From positions 98,084,001 to 98,148,000 of the forward strand of contig OX597816.1 of the NCBI GenBank assembly GCA_951406725.2: DNA of 64,000 bases, read 5' to 3'. The notes beneath the pieces were generated by a model. It made no database searches, was not told the DNA's origin, and worked only from the letters and a program-made list of their open reading frames with translations. This stretch comes from Octopus vulgaris (taxonomy: Eukaryota). Below, piece by piece: positions 37,296-53,064 of the stretch. A program made the translations under genes and the position numbers. Each line of letters begins with the position of its first letter. Position 1 is the stretch's first letter.

Positions 37296-37680
37296 CCTGT
37301 TAGGACCACTTGCAGTGAAGAAATTGTGTCGCAATGTTCTTATGTGATGTGATCTCGACTTTTGTAGAGGAGGTATTGCACAGGGACCAAGTGTTCGGTG
37401 AATAGTAAACATAATGCTAATATCCTTTGGATAATATTGGTGGTATATTTTCCACATTGTGCAAATAATGTATCGCTCAGGGCGGCGTTGCAGAGAATAG
37501 AGCTTCAGCTGCTTGAGTCGACCCCAATAATCAAGTCACATCATACCATTTATTATTTTTTGTGTGTTTGATTGATCCTTGTGACGCTTCAATCCTCATT
37601 ATGTCTTTTTTTTTTTGTAGGGGGACCACAATGAGCAGCAGTATTCGAGGTGGGGCTTAGCGAATGTGGAGAAGAGAAGG
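37296..37680 (-). mobile_element. CR1-like LINE, 3' ORF2 fragment
   Basis: Minus strand reads LFSTFAKPHLEYCCSLWSP…DYWGRLKQLKLYSLQRRPERYII…WKIYHQ. Confidence 0.8.
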
Positions 37681-37880
37681 ATGTTAATGATATGATTTTT
37701 TTTAAATCTACCTCATTAACTGGTTGTTATATTATTATTGTTATTTCTCTTCAGAACAGGTTTGAACATTTTAACAAATCACTTTTCTTTTATATTTCTT
37801 CCAACATCACTTGTGTCATGTAGCTTGTGGAAAATATTTCTGACCACATGCTTCTATATGTTTGCTCAATTTGGCGAACA

Positions 37881-38510
37881 TTACTGTTCCGGATTAGTTG
37901 TTTGTGAACTTGTGAGCGTTCCGGTAATGCATTCCCTGTCTCGACAATATATAGCTCCTCGCAATTCGGGCATACGATTATTTCGAATTATGTTGATGAT
38001 GATGAAAATGTCTTGATAATGCGGATTGTGTGTTACTAGAAATGGTATTGTGTTCCGTTGATGGGTTCTTGTCTCTTGTCTTGCCCTAAGTTGTTCTATA
38101 GGTATCCCTTTTGCTCGTTGTATGCTATTTTCTATAATTAGGCGATGATAATTTTGCATGAGCAGAAATCCTTTGAGTTCCGTAAGTCGTATGTTCCTGG
38201 TATTTGGATCATGTAATATAGTACACATTTTCCTAGTCAGGCAGTACGGTATATTGCATTTTGTGTGTGCTGGGTGAATTTGAAATTTAGGTACTGGTAT
38301 GTATAAATAAGTTTTGAAATAAATATTGGTTGTGATTGTGGATCTAGTTTTAGTTATGTCAAAAAATGGTAATTGTGTGTTTTTCATTTCTCTTGTGAAT
38401 TTGAGACTAGGGTGTAGATTGTTGAGGAGCGTGCTGAATTCTTCCTGATAAAGAAATTGAGAACTACGGCATGAACTTTGGAAAATATATAGAATTAACA
38501 TGGAAAACAT
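37881..38510 (-). mobile_element. Penelope-like element RT thumb fragment
   Basis: LNNLHPSLKFTREMKNTQLPFFDI…HPAHTKCNIPYCLTRKMCTI…IPFLVTHNP. Confidence 0.88.
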
Positions 38511-38511
38511 A

Positions 38512-39280
38512 ATTCGATGATTGTTTCCTAATTTGAACCAAATCCCTATAAAATCTGGGAAATTTCACCACTCAACTACCATTTCTTGACTTAATCGTAA
38601 GAATCAACAATGCCACAATCAAATCTGATACATATTACAAAAGCACAGATAAACAGCAGTAACTAAATTTCAAATCGTTCCACCCATCACACAAAACACA
38701 GCATCCCGTACTGTCTAGCCAGGAAAAATTGCACTATAATAGATTATCTAAATACCAGGAACATACGACTTAGGGAACTCAAAGAATTTCTGCTCAAGTA
38801 AAACTACTCTCACCTACTTATTGAAAACAGCATACAACGAACAAAAGAGATACCCATAGAACAACTTAGGGCAACACGAGAAACACGAACCCATCTACGG
38901 AACACAATATCATTCCAAGTTTCACATAATCAGCATCACCAAAACATTATGAACATCATCAAAATAAATTTGCCAAACATGAAACAAAGTGAAAAATTAG
39001 AAAACATAAGAACTAATCAAATACTTATCTTAAGCAAAAGGCAAGCACATAACATAAACAAACTATTAACAACGGCAAAATTCAACAGGAGCAAACATGA
39101 TAAAACATTCGCAGTATAAAAGTGTAACGATAATAGATGTGGAACGTGTCAATACATGCATACTTGTAGATGCATTAGAACAAAAATAGGCAGATATTCG
39201 CAAATATATGAAGTGCAAATGTAGAAATTTTATCTACTGAATTAAATACGAACTTTGAGGAACTATATATTGACGAGTCT
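38512..39280 (+). mobile_element. Penelope-like element fragment (Neptune-like), head-to-head with the previous copy
   Basis: FDDCFLI, QLPFLDL, YYKSTD, HPSH, SIPYCLAR and KEIPIEQLRA, then a linker zinc finger KCNDNRCGTCQYM. Confidence 0.85.
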
Positions 39281-39289
39281 ACAGACAGC

Positions 39290-39741
39290 AATGGTGGTTC
39301 TGAGATGATCGAATGTGTTGGAACCATAAACTCTGAAAAATACATCAAAATACTGAAGCAAAGATGACATAGTGAAAGCTGAGTTTTTATTCATGGCAGA
39401 TAGGAATCAACAATGGCTGACTGAAAATGGGATCAAAAAGCTTCCTTTGCCGAGCCAATGTCCTGATACAAACCCAATTGAAAAGCTTAAACCTAAATCT
39501 GAAGATGAATTGTTTCGATTGTTGCGTGAAAAGTGGGCAGAAATTCCACAAAAGACAATCACAAAGCTCATCTTTTCTATGCCGAAATGAGTTTCAGAAT
39601 TAAAATCTGCGAAGTGAATGTCTACTAAATACTAAAGTATGTAGTCATACCTATCGATTGCATTTGAATTGTTCGCTTTGCGTATTAAATAAAAGATTTT
39701 GAAAATTAACGGTGTCTATTTACTTCCTGCATATCTGTGTA
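39290..39741 (+). mobile_element. Tc1-like transposon, 3' fragment
   Basis: GTINSEKYIKIL; LPSQCPDTNPIEKL (compare WPSQSPDLNPIE); ends STKY*; probable TIR ending …ctgtg-TA. Confidence 0.8.
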
Positions 39742-39844
39742 TATACATATATGTATTCATGTATGTATGCATAAAGTGAAAGAGAGAGAGAGAAAGATTA
39801 AGAGAGAGAAGGATTGAGAGAGAGAGAAATATATATAATAATTC

Positions 39845-42800
39845 AACATGTAATGTGTAACGTAATAGAATATATAATGTCGCATAACTTAATTTGGCCT
39901 GTTATGTAATATTACAAAAATAGTTAACAGAGCGGCATATAAAATATAAAATGTAATTTCGTACAAATTAGAGGAGTAATCTAGGAAGTTAAGATAAAAT
40001 ATCTGGAAGTTGCAATTTATAACCACTGAAGCTCACATGAAAGTGAAGATTCCGTTATAATATGCAATATTCTATCATGTTATGAAACATACTTTGTAGA
40101 GAGTTTGATATAACAATCAGACACAACATTGAAATATCGCCTAATTTAATTTGGTCATATATAGAGTTGCACAGATACACAAGCACGCGCACGCAAACAC
40201 ACAAATACACGCACAACGCACACACACGCGCGCAACACGCACACAAATGTATATGTATAAGATATATTTATATCAGGTAACATTAAATAAACATTTTAGA
40301 TGTGATATCATTTTAAATCCCATAAATTTGAAGTTGTCAGTTATTATTAGGCAAAATAAGGGGAAAATGAATTGAGTGGGAATTATCGTAAACTTCAGAA
40401 ATATATACGTTCGTGAAATTTGTATAGAACAACATAACATTATTATATGAAGTAATAAAAAATCAAAGTTTAGGAGTAAAAGAAACAGAAATTATGCTTA
40501 CGCTGAGGTGTCTATGATGAAAGACATGCAAATATGAATAATTGTAGTCGTAAACTTGTTACATGCAATATTATCTAAAAGTGGACTGTTATGTTTTTTA
40601 AAGTAACATATCAGTGCGGGTGTCAATTGCAGAAGGTGTTGATTCAAAGGAGATTATTATAACGTCAATAGAAGATGCATAAGTATTGTGTGAAAAATTA
40701 ATAAAACATTCTGGGATGTGTCATATATAATATGAGCATTTAGAGAAAATTGAAACAACGACACAAAATAACATTTTTATGAAGCAGCATTATTTTAGGT
40801 AAGAACATTATGACTAACATAAAACTTGAAGATTATTAGTTCTAACATCATCTACAATGTATAACGAATATGATATAAATTAGCGTCACAATACTCGGAA
40901 GCGCTTAGTATATACATTATAATAACAGTGTAACAAAGAGTGTAAAATATACAATCATATATACAATATAGTATTGATAAGGGTGATGGCTGTTCGTCAT
41001 CTAAAGTAATACATTACTGGTGTGAGAATTGCGAGTAAGTGAATTAAAATTAAAGCAAAAAGTTACGGCAGTTGTATTTTAATTTTAGAGAGTATGAGAC
41101 GGAGGCAGAACGGCTATATAAAATAGGTATATATTACTAACTTGTGGACGAAAATGCTTAATATTATTTATGATTTATTCTGTCAGTGGATTTTGAGGTT
41201 GGTAACGTTGAATGTATTCCAACCTGTGAGATGAAGTTACATCAAGTTACACATGCGATGATTTTGTCCAAATTAGAAAACAACGTTTGGAGATGATGCG
41301 AGAGAGTAATATATGTTTGGTCATAACGTGTAGGAGGTTAAATAAAATGATGTTTGTTAATTTTATATTAAATAACGGGGCAGAGAATTTCTTGTTGAGT
41401 AATGTCGTAAAAGTATATAAAAAAAAATAAGTCTAAGACTTTAGGAACTTACACCATACTATTACATCAGGAAAGTTACATTACATTTAATATAATATAA
41501 ATGTAAAGAAAGTTAGATGTAATATCGTCTACGAGAATACACTGTTTCCTAAAACGTAGAACATAAAATCGTCTACAGTAATACGAGCGTAAGGTGTAAC
41601 ATATTATCTCATATAAATTTACTATGAAACTAAAGAATTAATCGCGTACAACTATATACCGAAGCATTGAAACCGGTTTGCAAAATAATATTTGAGTAAT
41701 TGATTTTGCGTAGAAAGGCTATATTTTCTACAATGAATTATATTAAACGCTATCAAAATTAACACTAGAAGCATAATACCAGGCAGAGTATGTAGTAATC
41801 GCTTATAGGGTGGATAAAAATAATGAAACTGATTCATATATATCATACAATGATATACAGGGTGATATTTACTCTCACCCAATGTCACTTAATATTAAAG
41901 ACGGAGTGATAAAACAAATCTAATGAAACATAGATTTCAATGATGTAGGATGAAATAGCTTCTAAATAGCATCACACAAAGAGTGTTAGTTGAATATTAT
42001 ATCAGAAACAACTTGTATGACATGGCAATGTGCAATCAGCAAACATTATATACTGGGTGAGGCACATAATCATTTCATGTAATATAAAATAGTGTTAGAT
42101 GTAATATGATCAAACCACCAAGCGCATAAAGAAGGTGAAATGCAATGTCATTAAATAATCTACGATCAGCTGTAATGTGAACGAATGTAACGTAATATTG
42201 TTAACGCACAGCTATAACATGGAGTAGAGAAATATATCACTGAGTGAAATGTATTATCATGAAATTTAACACAATGTTGAAGAGATTTATATCATTTAAA
42301 GTAACATTAAACAGAGAGGTCACATGTAATGCAGTGTTAGAGAACATGACACTTAGGTGAAAGAGATGTCATACAATCTACATTTATACACTTTAGAAGA
42401 GAAATTGTAATATTATCTATAGGCATAATCTCTCAGAGGGTTTTGAGATTAATATCATTTAGGAAATATTATTATTGAAGATCATGAGATGTAATATTGC
42501 ATAAAGTATGTTAGAACTAGCAAATGGAATGTGATATCTAAAGTATCACACGTATGGGTAGGGTGTGATCTATTGTCACTTAATGTACTATAATATTGTG
42601 TAGACCAAGATGAAATAACATCCGTAATAACTTAAAGGTCAGGTATAATATTTGGTAAAGGAACATAAAAGTGAAAATGTTAGAGTATCACACAAAGAAA
42701 TTCAGCTGTTATGGACTTCGGATAAATATATCAATAAAAGCAATACAGCATACACTATACAATTCATCATCTAAAATCTTGGACAACGTATAATAAAATA

Positions 42801-44443
42801 ACAGTCGCTATAAATGCTAGGATTTTGAATTCAGGATAAGGTCTTTTGGTTATCTCACATGCATACTAGATTAACGAAGTGTAAGATTCCTGCCAAGAAA
42901 ATACATTAAAAGGGAATCCTCAGTACTAATTGTCTTCTTCGAAGTCAGAAAAATATTTCAAGTTAAATTACGGTGGTGTTTCTACACAGATGAATATAGA
43001 CTTGTCTTACAATGGAGTACAGATTTCGCATGAACACGATAATTCTGTTACACGCTTACGCAGCTTGACTTCACCCAAAAGAGTGATATAGATACATCGA
43101 ATATACACTACGGCACGTTCTGGTTCAACGATATGTTGCGTTAGCTCTTTGACTATTCTTATCTCTATAAACACATCGTCCGCAATTCGGTATATCCGAC
43201 AAACACAGCTGACATCCCTCTCTGACAGATACATATCTCTAAGGATTCTATCTCAGAAACAAAAATAAGCCTGTTTCCATGTGTATCATTTATTTGAAGT
43301 ATCGGGCCCGGATCAAATTTTTGGCCTTTAAAATGTCAATTTAAGGGATTTTCAAGTTAAGAATTGGCTCTATCTAATTACCTGCTCTCATAGGCTTGGT
43401 GAAGAAACATATCATAAGAGATATGCAATCACGTAATGCATTAATGTAAAACAAGATCGCGTGAAATGAATAGCATAACATTGTGGAGAATAGACCTAGA
43501 ACCATCTAAATTAATACAGTACTGTAAGTAAGGTGATATGTAATCAGCTACTGTATGAAAATATGAAGGAATATCAGGTGTTATACTATGTAATAGATGG
43601 ATAAGTGAGGATAGTGAGCGGAAGTAAGATATAAAATGGTAGCAAGTTGTAACAGTGAGCCGTAGGAAACGTGATATCATTACGTCTATTATTTTGTGGG
43701 AGGGTGATACATTGAAACAATCGTTAAATTGGCTGCAAAACCGTCTTTTGGTATTACGGTCTGTTTTCAAATATAACTTATGTCATCTCCCCGCGCTCAT
43801 CGGTCTAGGGTTAATAAAAGAAGGTACTAGAGTCGGTGATATCAACGATCTTCGAAGACTCTTGAGTGTCCATGATTAAATGACACTCACCCAATGTATC
43901 AATAAATGACACGCATTACGGTGACTCTATTCTGCTTGAGAATACTTGGCAAATTTTGTAAGCCTTTGTCTTGCTCGAGCATTTAGAATAGCTATCATCG
44001 AAACTAACAGAGATTTATCTTGCTATATGAAGAGGAATTAAATGGGATGCACTTTTAAGTCATATTATATGAAAGTGAAGAATGATGGATTAAACTGAAG
44101 CGAATAGCTATATCTGTGAAGATGTAATATCAGGAAACTGAAGAAGTACGGCAGCATGTAATATAACCAAGGTGAGCATAAATGAGCGAAGTTGAATAAA
44201 AAATTAGATAAAGCTTCACAGATTATGCGAATCAGCGCAAATGCTTAAACAAAACGGAGTAACATGGTGTCAATATCATGTAAATTATTATAGCAAAAAA
44301 ATGGAAATATGAGACGTAATATCATAGATAAGTTCACACAAATTTACGGATTTACTTGTAATATAAGTGGAGAAGGGTGAAGTATAATACTATTCAATAG
44401 GTGACGCAACTTTAACAAGGCATGGAGAAAGGAGAGGTAAGTG

Positions 44444-44514
<71 letters not shown>

Positions 44515-44900
44515 TACTTATATAATGTTGGGTAGAGTCAAATAGGATATAATTTTAAAGAGTTCATACATAAGTAACGTGAAGAACACTGAGATTAATA
44601 TCAATCAAAACAGCATAAAGTTATGGAAAGTCCGATGTGTTAGCTAATACTGTGTATTACTGGGTAGCTGAAATATATAGTAATTTTATATAGTACTGAA
44701 TTAGGTATTGTGTTATATCATAGAAATTTACACAGGTATGTGTATGTACGATGCGTGATATGATGTCACTTGGGGTATCAATATAAAGCACAAAATTAAT
44801 ATATATATACGTGGATCGAAATCGTGGTGAGATACAAAATTACCTAATCTAACTAGATAATGTTCCAACGATAAATGAAAATAATCTAGTGACATAAAAT
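39845..44900 (+). repeat. Degenerate tandem array, unit about 41 nt, main block (locally interrupted)
   Basis: Unit starts are readable at about 42246, 42282, 42321, 42363, 42402, 42445, 42486, 42526, 42566 and 42607. Confidence 0.75.
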
Positions 44901-44950
44901 TGATGCTTTTAATATCTCTTTCTTTCTGTTTCTCTGTTTGTCTGCCTGTC

Positions 44951-45001
<51 letters not shown>

Positions 45002-45097
45002 ATGTATCTATCTAATTATCTATCTAGCTATCTACCCATCCGTCTATCTTCATAAAAAAATGTTTCTTCATATACACACGTGGTTGTTACATACGTA

Positions 45098-45132
<35 letters not shown>

Positions 45133-45142
45133 GCTTCAAAAT

Positions 45143-45510
45143 TCATACAAGGTTGGGTAAATGGGCCATACGTCCTCTAGTTAATTCAGGATCACAACAC
45201 ATAAATGCACTGCAATACAATTTCTTTTCCTCAACAGACCCTGTCCTGTTTAATATTGTCCCGAAACAGATCAAAGAGGAAATGGATCCCATTACCTTTA
45301 AACTGAGTCTGGACAAATTTCTTCAAGGAATACCAGATAAGACACGTATACCTGGATACAACTCACTCAAGAAAAACACCCTACTGGAATGGACCATGAT
45401 ACCACAAAACCTGACTTATAACGGATTTAGTAAATCCTATAAGATTGTGCTATTAAGATAAACATGGCTTGGACCAATGTTTAGTGGAAACATATCTAAG
45501 ATACCTAACA
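45143..45510 (+). mobile_element. CR1-like LINE 3' end
   Basis: FKIHTRLG…NFFSSTDPVLFNIVPKQIK…FKLSLDKFLQGIPD; homologous to the fragment at 37296-37457. Confidence 0.8.
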
Positions 45511-46512
45511 AATATATACATATGCGTATATATATATATATATACATATGTATAGTAAAATTAGGTAAAAGAATATCATGTAGAAATGCAGTACGACCGT
45601 TTCAAGCGACTCTATTTAATTGAATGATTCAATCATTACGCCGCTATTATAGCTAAGAATAGACCACAACTTCTAAGAATCGCATGGAGCATAGTGGGGC
45701 CATAGGGTTTTAAGTGTTGTAATACATTTCTAATTCCTTTATCACTTTATCAGATACTAAATCTAAGAATAGAAGACTGTTTATTTAGAATAAATGACAA
45801 GAGTGAGTTGATAGCTCATGGCTAGGTAGGGTCATAGATATTGTCATATGTATCTCTTTACCTCGGGAAGGAATTAAATACATTAGTAGTCAGATGGATA
45901 TAAGTAACTGTCTACAAAATGAGGCAGGGCAGGGGTAGACTTTAAATCAAGATGTTAGTTACCTGTTAAAGGGGCAAGACGCTAAAAACCTAAGATGTTA
46001 ATACGGATAAAATTTTATTTAGGGGCACTATGGGGGAATGTTTATAAACAATATTGTTATGTTGTATAAAAATAATATATATATACATACGCATACAAGT
46101 GCATATACATATACAAACACGCATATAGATACATATACATACATACATTCATACATATTCACACACGCACACACACATATACTGAGACAAGGCAGAGATA
46201 GAGACATGGAGTAAAAGACAGGGTAATATATAAAATTGACGTTTGTGAAATTTAATAACATCTCACACAAACATTGATGTCTGTGATATGCAAAATATAT
46301 ATTGTATATGTATATGAGTATGTGCGTGACTACATAGATATTCCTAGACACACTAACACACTCACAGAAAAACACACAGACACATGCACACGCTTGTACA
46401 TATAAACACACACGCACGCGCGTGCATACATACACATACATATATATATGTTTATACGTATATACATACGTACATATGCACATATATAAACATACCCCCT
46501 ACACACACACAC

Positions 46513-46574
<62 letters not shown>

Positions 46575-49102
46575 TACATTGTAACCTATAAGTGATACTT
46601 GGAAGAGGTAACATATGAAGTAACTTGACTCTAATGTTATTCGTTTGATTCTGACTAATCCAACACCTTTATTTGCAAGAGTTAATATCATATATCTGCA
46701 ACATTCTGTTGTATCACAGATTCATTAAATCGGCAATGGGAAACCTCTCCATTTCTTCCTTCTCTCTTTCTTTCTCGCTCTCTCACTTCTCTCTCCTCCT
46801 TTACTCTCAGCGAAGTGTGGTTGCAAAATACCCCATGCCCTTTAGAGTTATTAGTTGTTATAAATTCTTTCTAGGTTACGGATCAAGGTGGTTTATTTTT
46901 CGCTTTCATACTCCACAATATATCGTCTCATGGAGATGAACTCATCCTCCATTTGACCCTGGCCTACCACACCGTAGCGCAAACCTCGAACAACCTAGAA
47001 AGCAAATATTGTAGCTGATATCATGACCTAATTCCAGGACAATATACCCAAATGGGATTATGGGAAATTAGTCTCCTTCGACTGCATATGTTTATAGTCT
47101 GTACGCATATCACGAAATGTATTTTTATGTTCATAACTCAAAAACATGAATACACTGTTGAAACATTCAGCTAACAACAATTATTACGCCTTATCATAAA
47201 CTGAGGATCACTCTTGGAGAGTGTACATTTTGAACACGAAAACCGTCTTTCTTTGCAGTCAGAAGTTTCAGTCCTCATCAAGTATTAATTTCTGAAAGCA
47301 GACTGAATAACCACAACGATACTCTCTCCATGGCCGAGTCAGAGCAACAAGAACTCTCACGAGCATCCTAGAACGTAGCCAAAGAAAGGATACATGAGTA
47401 GCATAAACTCGCTCATTGGCTCACTCAAACCACTGCCTCCGGATTTGACGTTTACAAGAGCTGTTTTTTCCTGGTGCTGCAACAAAAGTTTCTGTCTATT
47501 GAATAGTATCATGCCATATTCAATCAGGTATTACTGACTCGTGAATATTCAATTGTCCCACATATTCTGTCCTACTCTAATCAAGTTAATATTATTGCAG
47601 TTTCCTCAACAAAGACCATTCAGTGACAAGATTTGTTTCCTTGTACATGATTTCCCCAAGCTGTAGAATTACAATTTTTCTTAACAGTATCAATCTCAGC
47701 AGTGTAATATATATAGTTGGACTATTAGGTAGCTACAAAGACAATATAAAACTGATGCTTATAAAAGTAACATCCATCTAGAATAACATAACGGAACATT
47801 AATAACATGTATATAAACTATACCGTCACAAATAGGTTTACGTCTCAAGAAAATAAAAGGCTCTTGCTTTCCTATATGAGTCCACTTTGTCTAAAAAGGG
47901 TAGCAAGAAGTTACTTGCGGTATCTATCTTTCATATGGCTGCTGTTCAGTTCTATAAACATCTAATGATTTACTTACTGGATATTTACAAACGATCCCCT
48001 CTCATAAATTGGGAATTTACAGAAGAATGCGATACTGGTAACGGAATATACAAGCGAATATAAGTTCTATAGATCTACAATGACTTAATGAAATCACACA
48101 AAGCAATAAATTTACGAATAATGGGACCTACAATTTCTGCATTTTCTGAAACAGCACGCCAAACCTGAACATTTACATCTGTAAATGAGAAATTATTGCA
48201 ATTATATGAAATTTTCAATCATCCATCCAGAGTGTTCTGAATCTTAATCCATAAAAATCAATAGGCTAACAGTGGAATTGTCTACAGATGAGGGCACGCT
48301 CAGATCTGCTGCAGAGTAATACAACAAAAGTATAAACCAAACATAGCTTCTTCAAATTAATATAATACGTCCCAAACATTAATAATTCAAAGATAAAATA
48401 CGACAACAAAGAACAGTGTTATAATATTGTGTTTTATCCAGCGGAAAATATCAGGCTAGTCATTTTTTCAATTCACTACAAGTACCTTGCAATGTCTTAT
48501 TGCACTGCCAGGTGTACGGAATACATTTTGATCCGATATACATTACACACAAATTTCCGTTTTTATTTCCACTAGATTAAATACACTGTGACGAACTACA
48601 GCCAACTATATTATATATTGTAAATTCTATTGAGATAAAAAAAGATAACAGAAAAACAAACAACTTACCTCAATTCCGATTGATCCGAGAATCCATTCAA
48701 GTAACACGTTGTCGCTATATTCCGTATTGTTTACAATACCAATGCTACATTAGAGTCAAATCCCATTAGTATATTGTAATCCACTTCGCTACCTATTAGG
48801 CCACTTTTATTCATTTTAATCCGTTTTGCTTTATTTTATCTTCACCTTTGTGAACCAATCTCAGTTATAATTCAATATTTTTAGACTACTATTTTACAAG
48901 ATTTTAAGTGAATTTATACTTTTATAACGTTGTTTCATATATATTTATAAGAATGTGTGTGTATGTATGTATGTATACATATATATGTATGTATATATAT
49001 TTGTATAAATATACACATATATTTGTATATATATATACAAATATACATATATATACATGCATACGTGTATATATGTTTGTATATATACATACATACATAC
49101 AT

Positions 49103-49201
<99 letters not shown>

Positions 49202-50020
49202 TATTTACATATATATATTTACAAAAACATACAAACACATATATCAGTTTATGAAATTATAAATTTCCAATACATTATTATATTTTTAAACATATTTTTA
49301 TTTCAGGCATCGCATATTTTACATAATATATTTTACATACATTTTATCACGTACAGTTTTTATATTCCCTTTGATGTATCACCTATACAGATTTTTTATG
49401 ACCAATATCACGTTTATTTTATTTCTACGCATGACCCATAAACCTTAGTTCATTACTCTATCAACCTAACGTAAGATATATCCCTCTTCCTACTTTTCTA
49501 CTTTTCTCTCTCCATCTTTTATCTAATTCTTAACTTTGAGGTGCTTTTACTTGTTAATTGAACATGTGAAGCCTGTCAGATGCGTGGATAGAGGAGCGTG
49601 TGCGTGTGTATGTGCGTCAATCTGTGATTAGTTTGTGTTTAGAAAAGAGACATGGAAAATGAACATAAAGAAGTAGACGAAGAAGTTTGGCATAATTTTA
49701 TGAATTCAAATTTTATATAGTCCATAAACGATGTTTCTTGATCTGATAAAAAAAAAGCATGCAAATATGCGATGCCGTTAAAAAATTCTATGTTTTTATA
49801 TTAATGTGTCTTTTCACGACCAACTATGCAAACTTAGTTTTTATCCAAATGATTATATTTGAAATAAAGTAATATGACTGGCCTCCCCTCTGTCCAGTCG
49901 TATATATGCATGTTTTGGTCAAGTATTTGCCGGAAAGCGAAGGTTACAAACATACAATTCGGAGTAATATCTCGTGAAATTGTCCACTTTTAATAAATAG
50001 GATAAAACACTACAATATAT

Positions 50021-50208
50021 ATTGATTTCAAATTTTGGCACAAAGCCTGCAATTTCGGGGAGGCGAATAGTCGAATTCACCGACACCAGTGTTCAACAAG
50101 TACTTTTTTTATAGACTTCGGGGAATTTCAACTCGGAACGTAAATATGGATGAAATGCTACTAAGTTTATTGCTCGGTGTGATAACAATTCTGACAGCTC
50201 ACCGCCTT
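50021..50208 (-). mobile_element. tRNA-derived SINE
   Basis: Reverse complement of the family at 35698-35910 (aaggcggtgagctgtcagaattgtt…tgtgccaaaatttgaaatcaat). Confidence 0.78.
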
Positions 50209-52533
50209 AAAATATTACAATATATATTAAGCGTTAGTGTCTCTACTTGCTCGTGCAATATATATATCATGCATATGAAATACACACACACATACACATC
50301 GGCAAACACACACACGCATACACTCACACACATTCAGACCAACACACACACACGCACACACATACACATTCTAACTTAGCAATCACGCTTCAAGACCGTA
50401 GTATGCAGTAATATAACCTAGAAGTAATATCCACTTGATGTAATATCCATATAAAGTCCGTGAATACCGATATTTATGATGCTTAATATTATCTAAATAA
50501 ATAACCTATGAATCTTGCGTGCCAGACACTTTTATCTTCAGTAAATTAACCTTGGTATTGATGAGATTTAATATCATATAAACTAACACAGCACCACTGT
50601 TTATCACATATTCAATATACTTTAGCTTTTCTTCAAAGTAAACATGATTCGGTATAAAATTTTTAACTGACATAAGTCATTCAAACTTTCCAAGTTCGTA
50701 GAACTTCTCGTCTTCCCTGGTACTTCTTCATTTAATCTTTATTGCAGGCAAATTATGGGTTCCAGGCAGATACAAAAGACTGTAATTAAGTTCTTAACGT
50801 ATGGGGTGGGATCAAGTTGTTGTACATCTAGAGAGCACGACAAGGTGTTTGCAACAATGGCACTTTTAACAAGAGCAGTGTGCCTAGATAGAGGATAAAA
50901 TTTAGAAAGGGGAAACTAGCATTAAAGTTAAACTATGCAGTGAGGAACTATCCACCTCGGCTACTGACAAGTCGCGAGCCACGTGTTCCAAGCACAGCTA
51001 GACTACAGCAGCAATCTAATGTCTAATGCAGAAGATGGCAGAAGCATTTAGGTATCGGAAAATGTGTGCAAAGAGATATCTCAGTAATAAACATCTAATG
51101 TGAAGGGGAGAATGTTAAAAATTTACTTTACTCTGCTGGAAGCCTTGAAAGCCAATGTAGAAACGTTTTTCATACATGTGTATGGATAAAACGTGCACAT
51201 ATCTTTATTAACTGAAAACGAATTTACAATGCATGGATTTGCGTCACGTCACTTCTCCAAGGTCTAAGAAGTTCGGTAGTTTGTGATGTGTACAAAAAGG
51301 CATTATGACTAGGGTTTTTTACGACTAGGTTATCATTCTCCTTGATTTTCAGGAATAAACAGAGATTGGTATGTTCAGACACCGCAAAAATCTGACAGAG
51401 GTGATTAGGAGGAAGAAACCGAAAAGCTGGTAAATTGGATTGCTTAGTGGTTCTCATCCACTGTTGATCTTAGATTTGGTACTCTTTTGCTTCTGCCTCT
51501 CCTATCCAATAAATCATAGTCTTCGACACAATGTGAGATAGAAATTAAGAAATCGGTTGTGAAACAGTGGGAACAAATGGTGCACACCTGAATCGAAAAG
51601 GGTTTGAGCGTAGGGTTCACTTAGTTTGGAAATATATCGCATATTTTGGAAGCTGTATTGTGAAGTAACTTTGTAGGGAAGTGTTACTCTACATGTGCAA
51701 TTTCAACGATGTCAGTTAACAAAAAATTATGTCTCCTCCCACTTTTGTATTTAGTTCGGGACATCACTTGAATAAAATATCCCAAAACAGGCGTGTGGTT
51801 GTTGCAAAATCATCGATAGCAACCTTATATCTACGTCTGTAAGATGTAAATTAATTAAGCTAATGTAACACCGATTGTGCTGTTTCAAAAACTAGGACTC
51901 ACATACTTTTAGTGTGTATACAGCTTCCTAACAGCTGATTTATACGTCGTACACTGGTAATGATAGTGTCTGGTCAGGAAACGCTGCGCACAAACGTGGT
52001 TACATAGCGTTTCCCTTGTAAGAAAATATATAAAAACACAACTCCGTATGATATCGTATTCAAAGTAAACATTTTGATGTAAACAAGACAAGAATTTCAA
52101 AAGGAACTTTGCACCAAAATATTTTATTACTCAGTTCGTGTGTAGCAGGAAAATACAAATGCACTAAAAGCTGATTGTCTACTATCCGGGCAAGGAGGAA
52201 ACAGTAACAAATCAAGCTTCACAAGCAAGTCTAGAAATATAAGCACTACAAGTTATAAAACGTCAAATGTAAAAAGATGCCGGAACTTACCCTAATCGAA
52301 AACGTACATTTTCTCTTTAAAATTGTGTGAAATATATTTCGTAAAACGTCAACTAAGTCTTCCTGGTTATTAATATCATTCTGTTTAATATAGAAAAATT
52401 GAAAGACATTTGACATTTATGATAGCTAACTGAGACACACACACACACACATGCACATATGTGTGTGTGTGTGTATCTATCTATCTATATATATGCGTAT
52501 ATATGTTTATATGAATATATATATTATATAAAT

Positions 52534-52619
<86 letters not shown>

Positions 52620-53064
52620 TGTTATTGTTGCTGTTAGCAATAAGTTTGTAAGAAGATAGTAAACTCTCCGTTAATATTGTTTTCGACCATATTTATTACA
52701 TTGTAATATTTTTAACATAGTGTGGCATTTTCTGATCTTTAAATGAAGAAATAAATATATTTCATATTATGTATCGGAATTGGAGCCATTCTCTACATTG
52801 TACCAACAAAATATACATCTCAACGCATACGCACTTTAAACTTCCAATAACTATGTGGAGTGTGTAATGTAATACATGTAATATTATCTAACACTGATTT
52901 TTCTGACATGTAATATCATATAAGGAAATATCTTATTATTATGAGTCATATAATGTGGTGTTTGTGATATATACTTCACTCACACACGTAGACAAACAGT
53001 CACACACACATGCATGCACATGATGTATGTATGCATATATATATATATATATATATACGTTATA

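Noticed and set aside
36070-44900. CRISPR-like reading of the 41-nt periodic array (conserved core plus variable part)
   Set aside because: The cores are not identical, the variable parts still resemble one another, no cas genes are present, and the context is eukaryotic.
45590-45655. Hammerhead-like remnants here and at about 33030, 47265, 54775 and 56280
   Set aside because: Core nucleotides or stems are too degenerate to support a call.
48661-48800. Possible minus-strand exon ending GAG|GTAAGT
   Set aside because: The donor is good, but there is no convincing acceptor, the open frame is short, and the peptide is unrecognisable.
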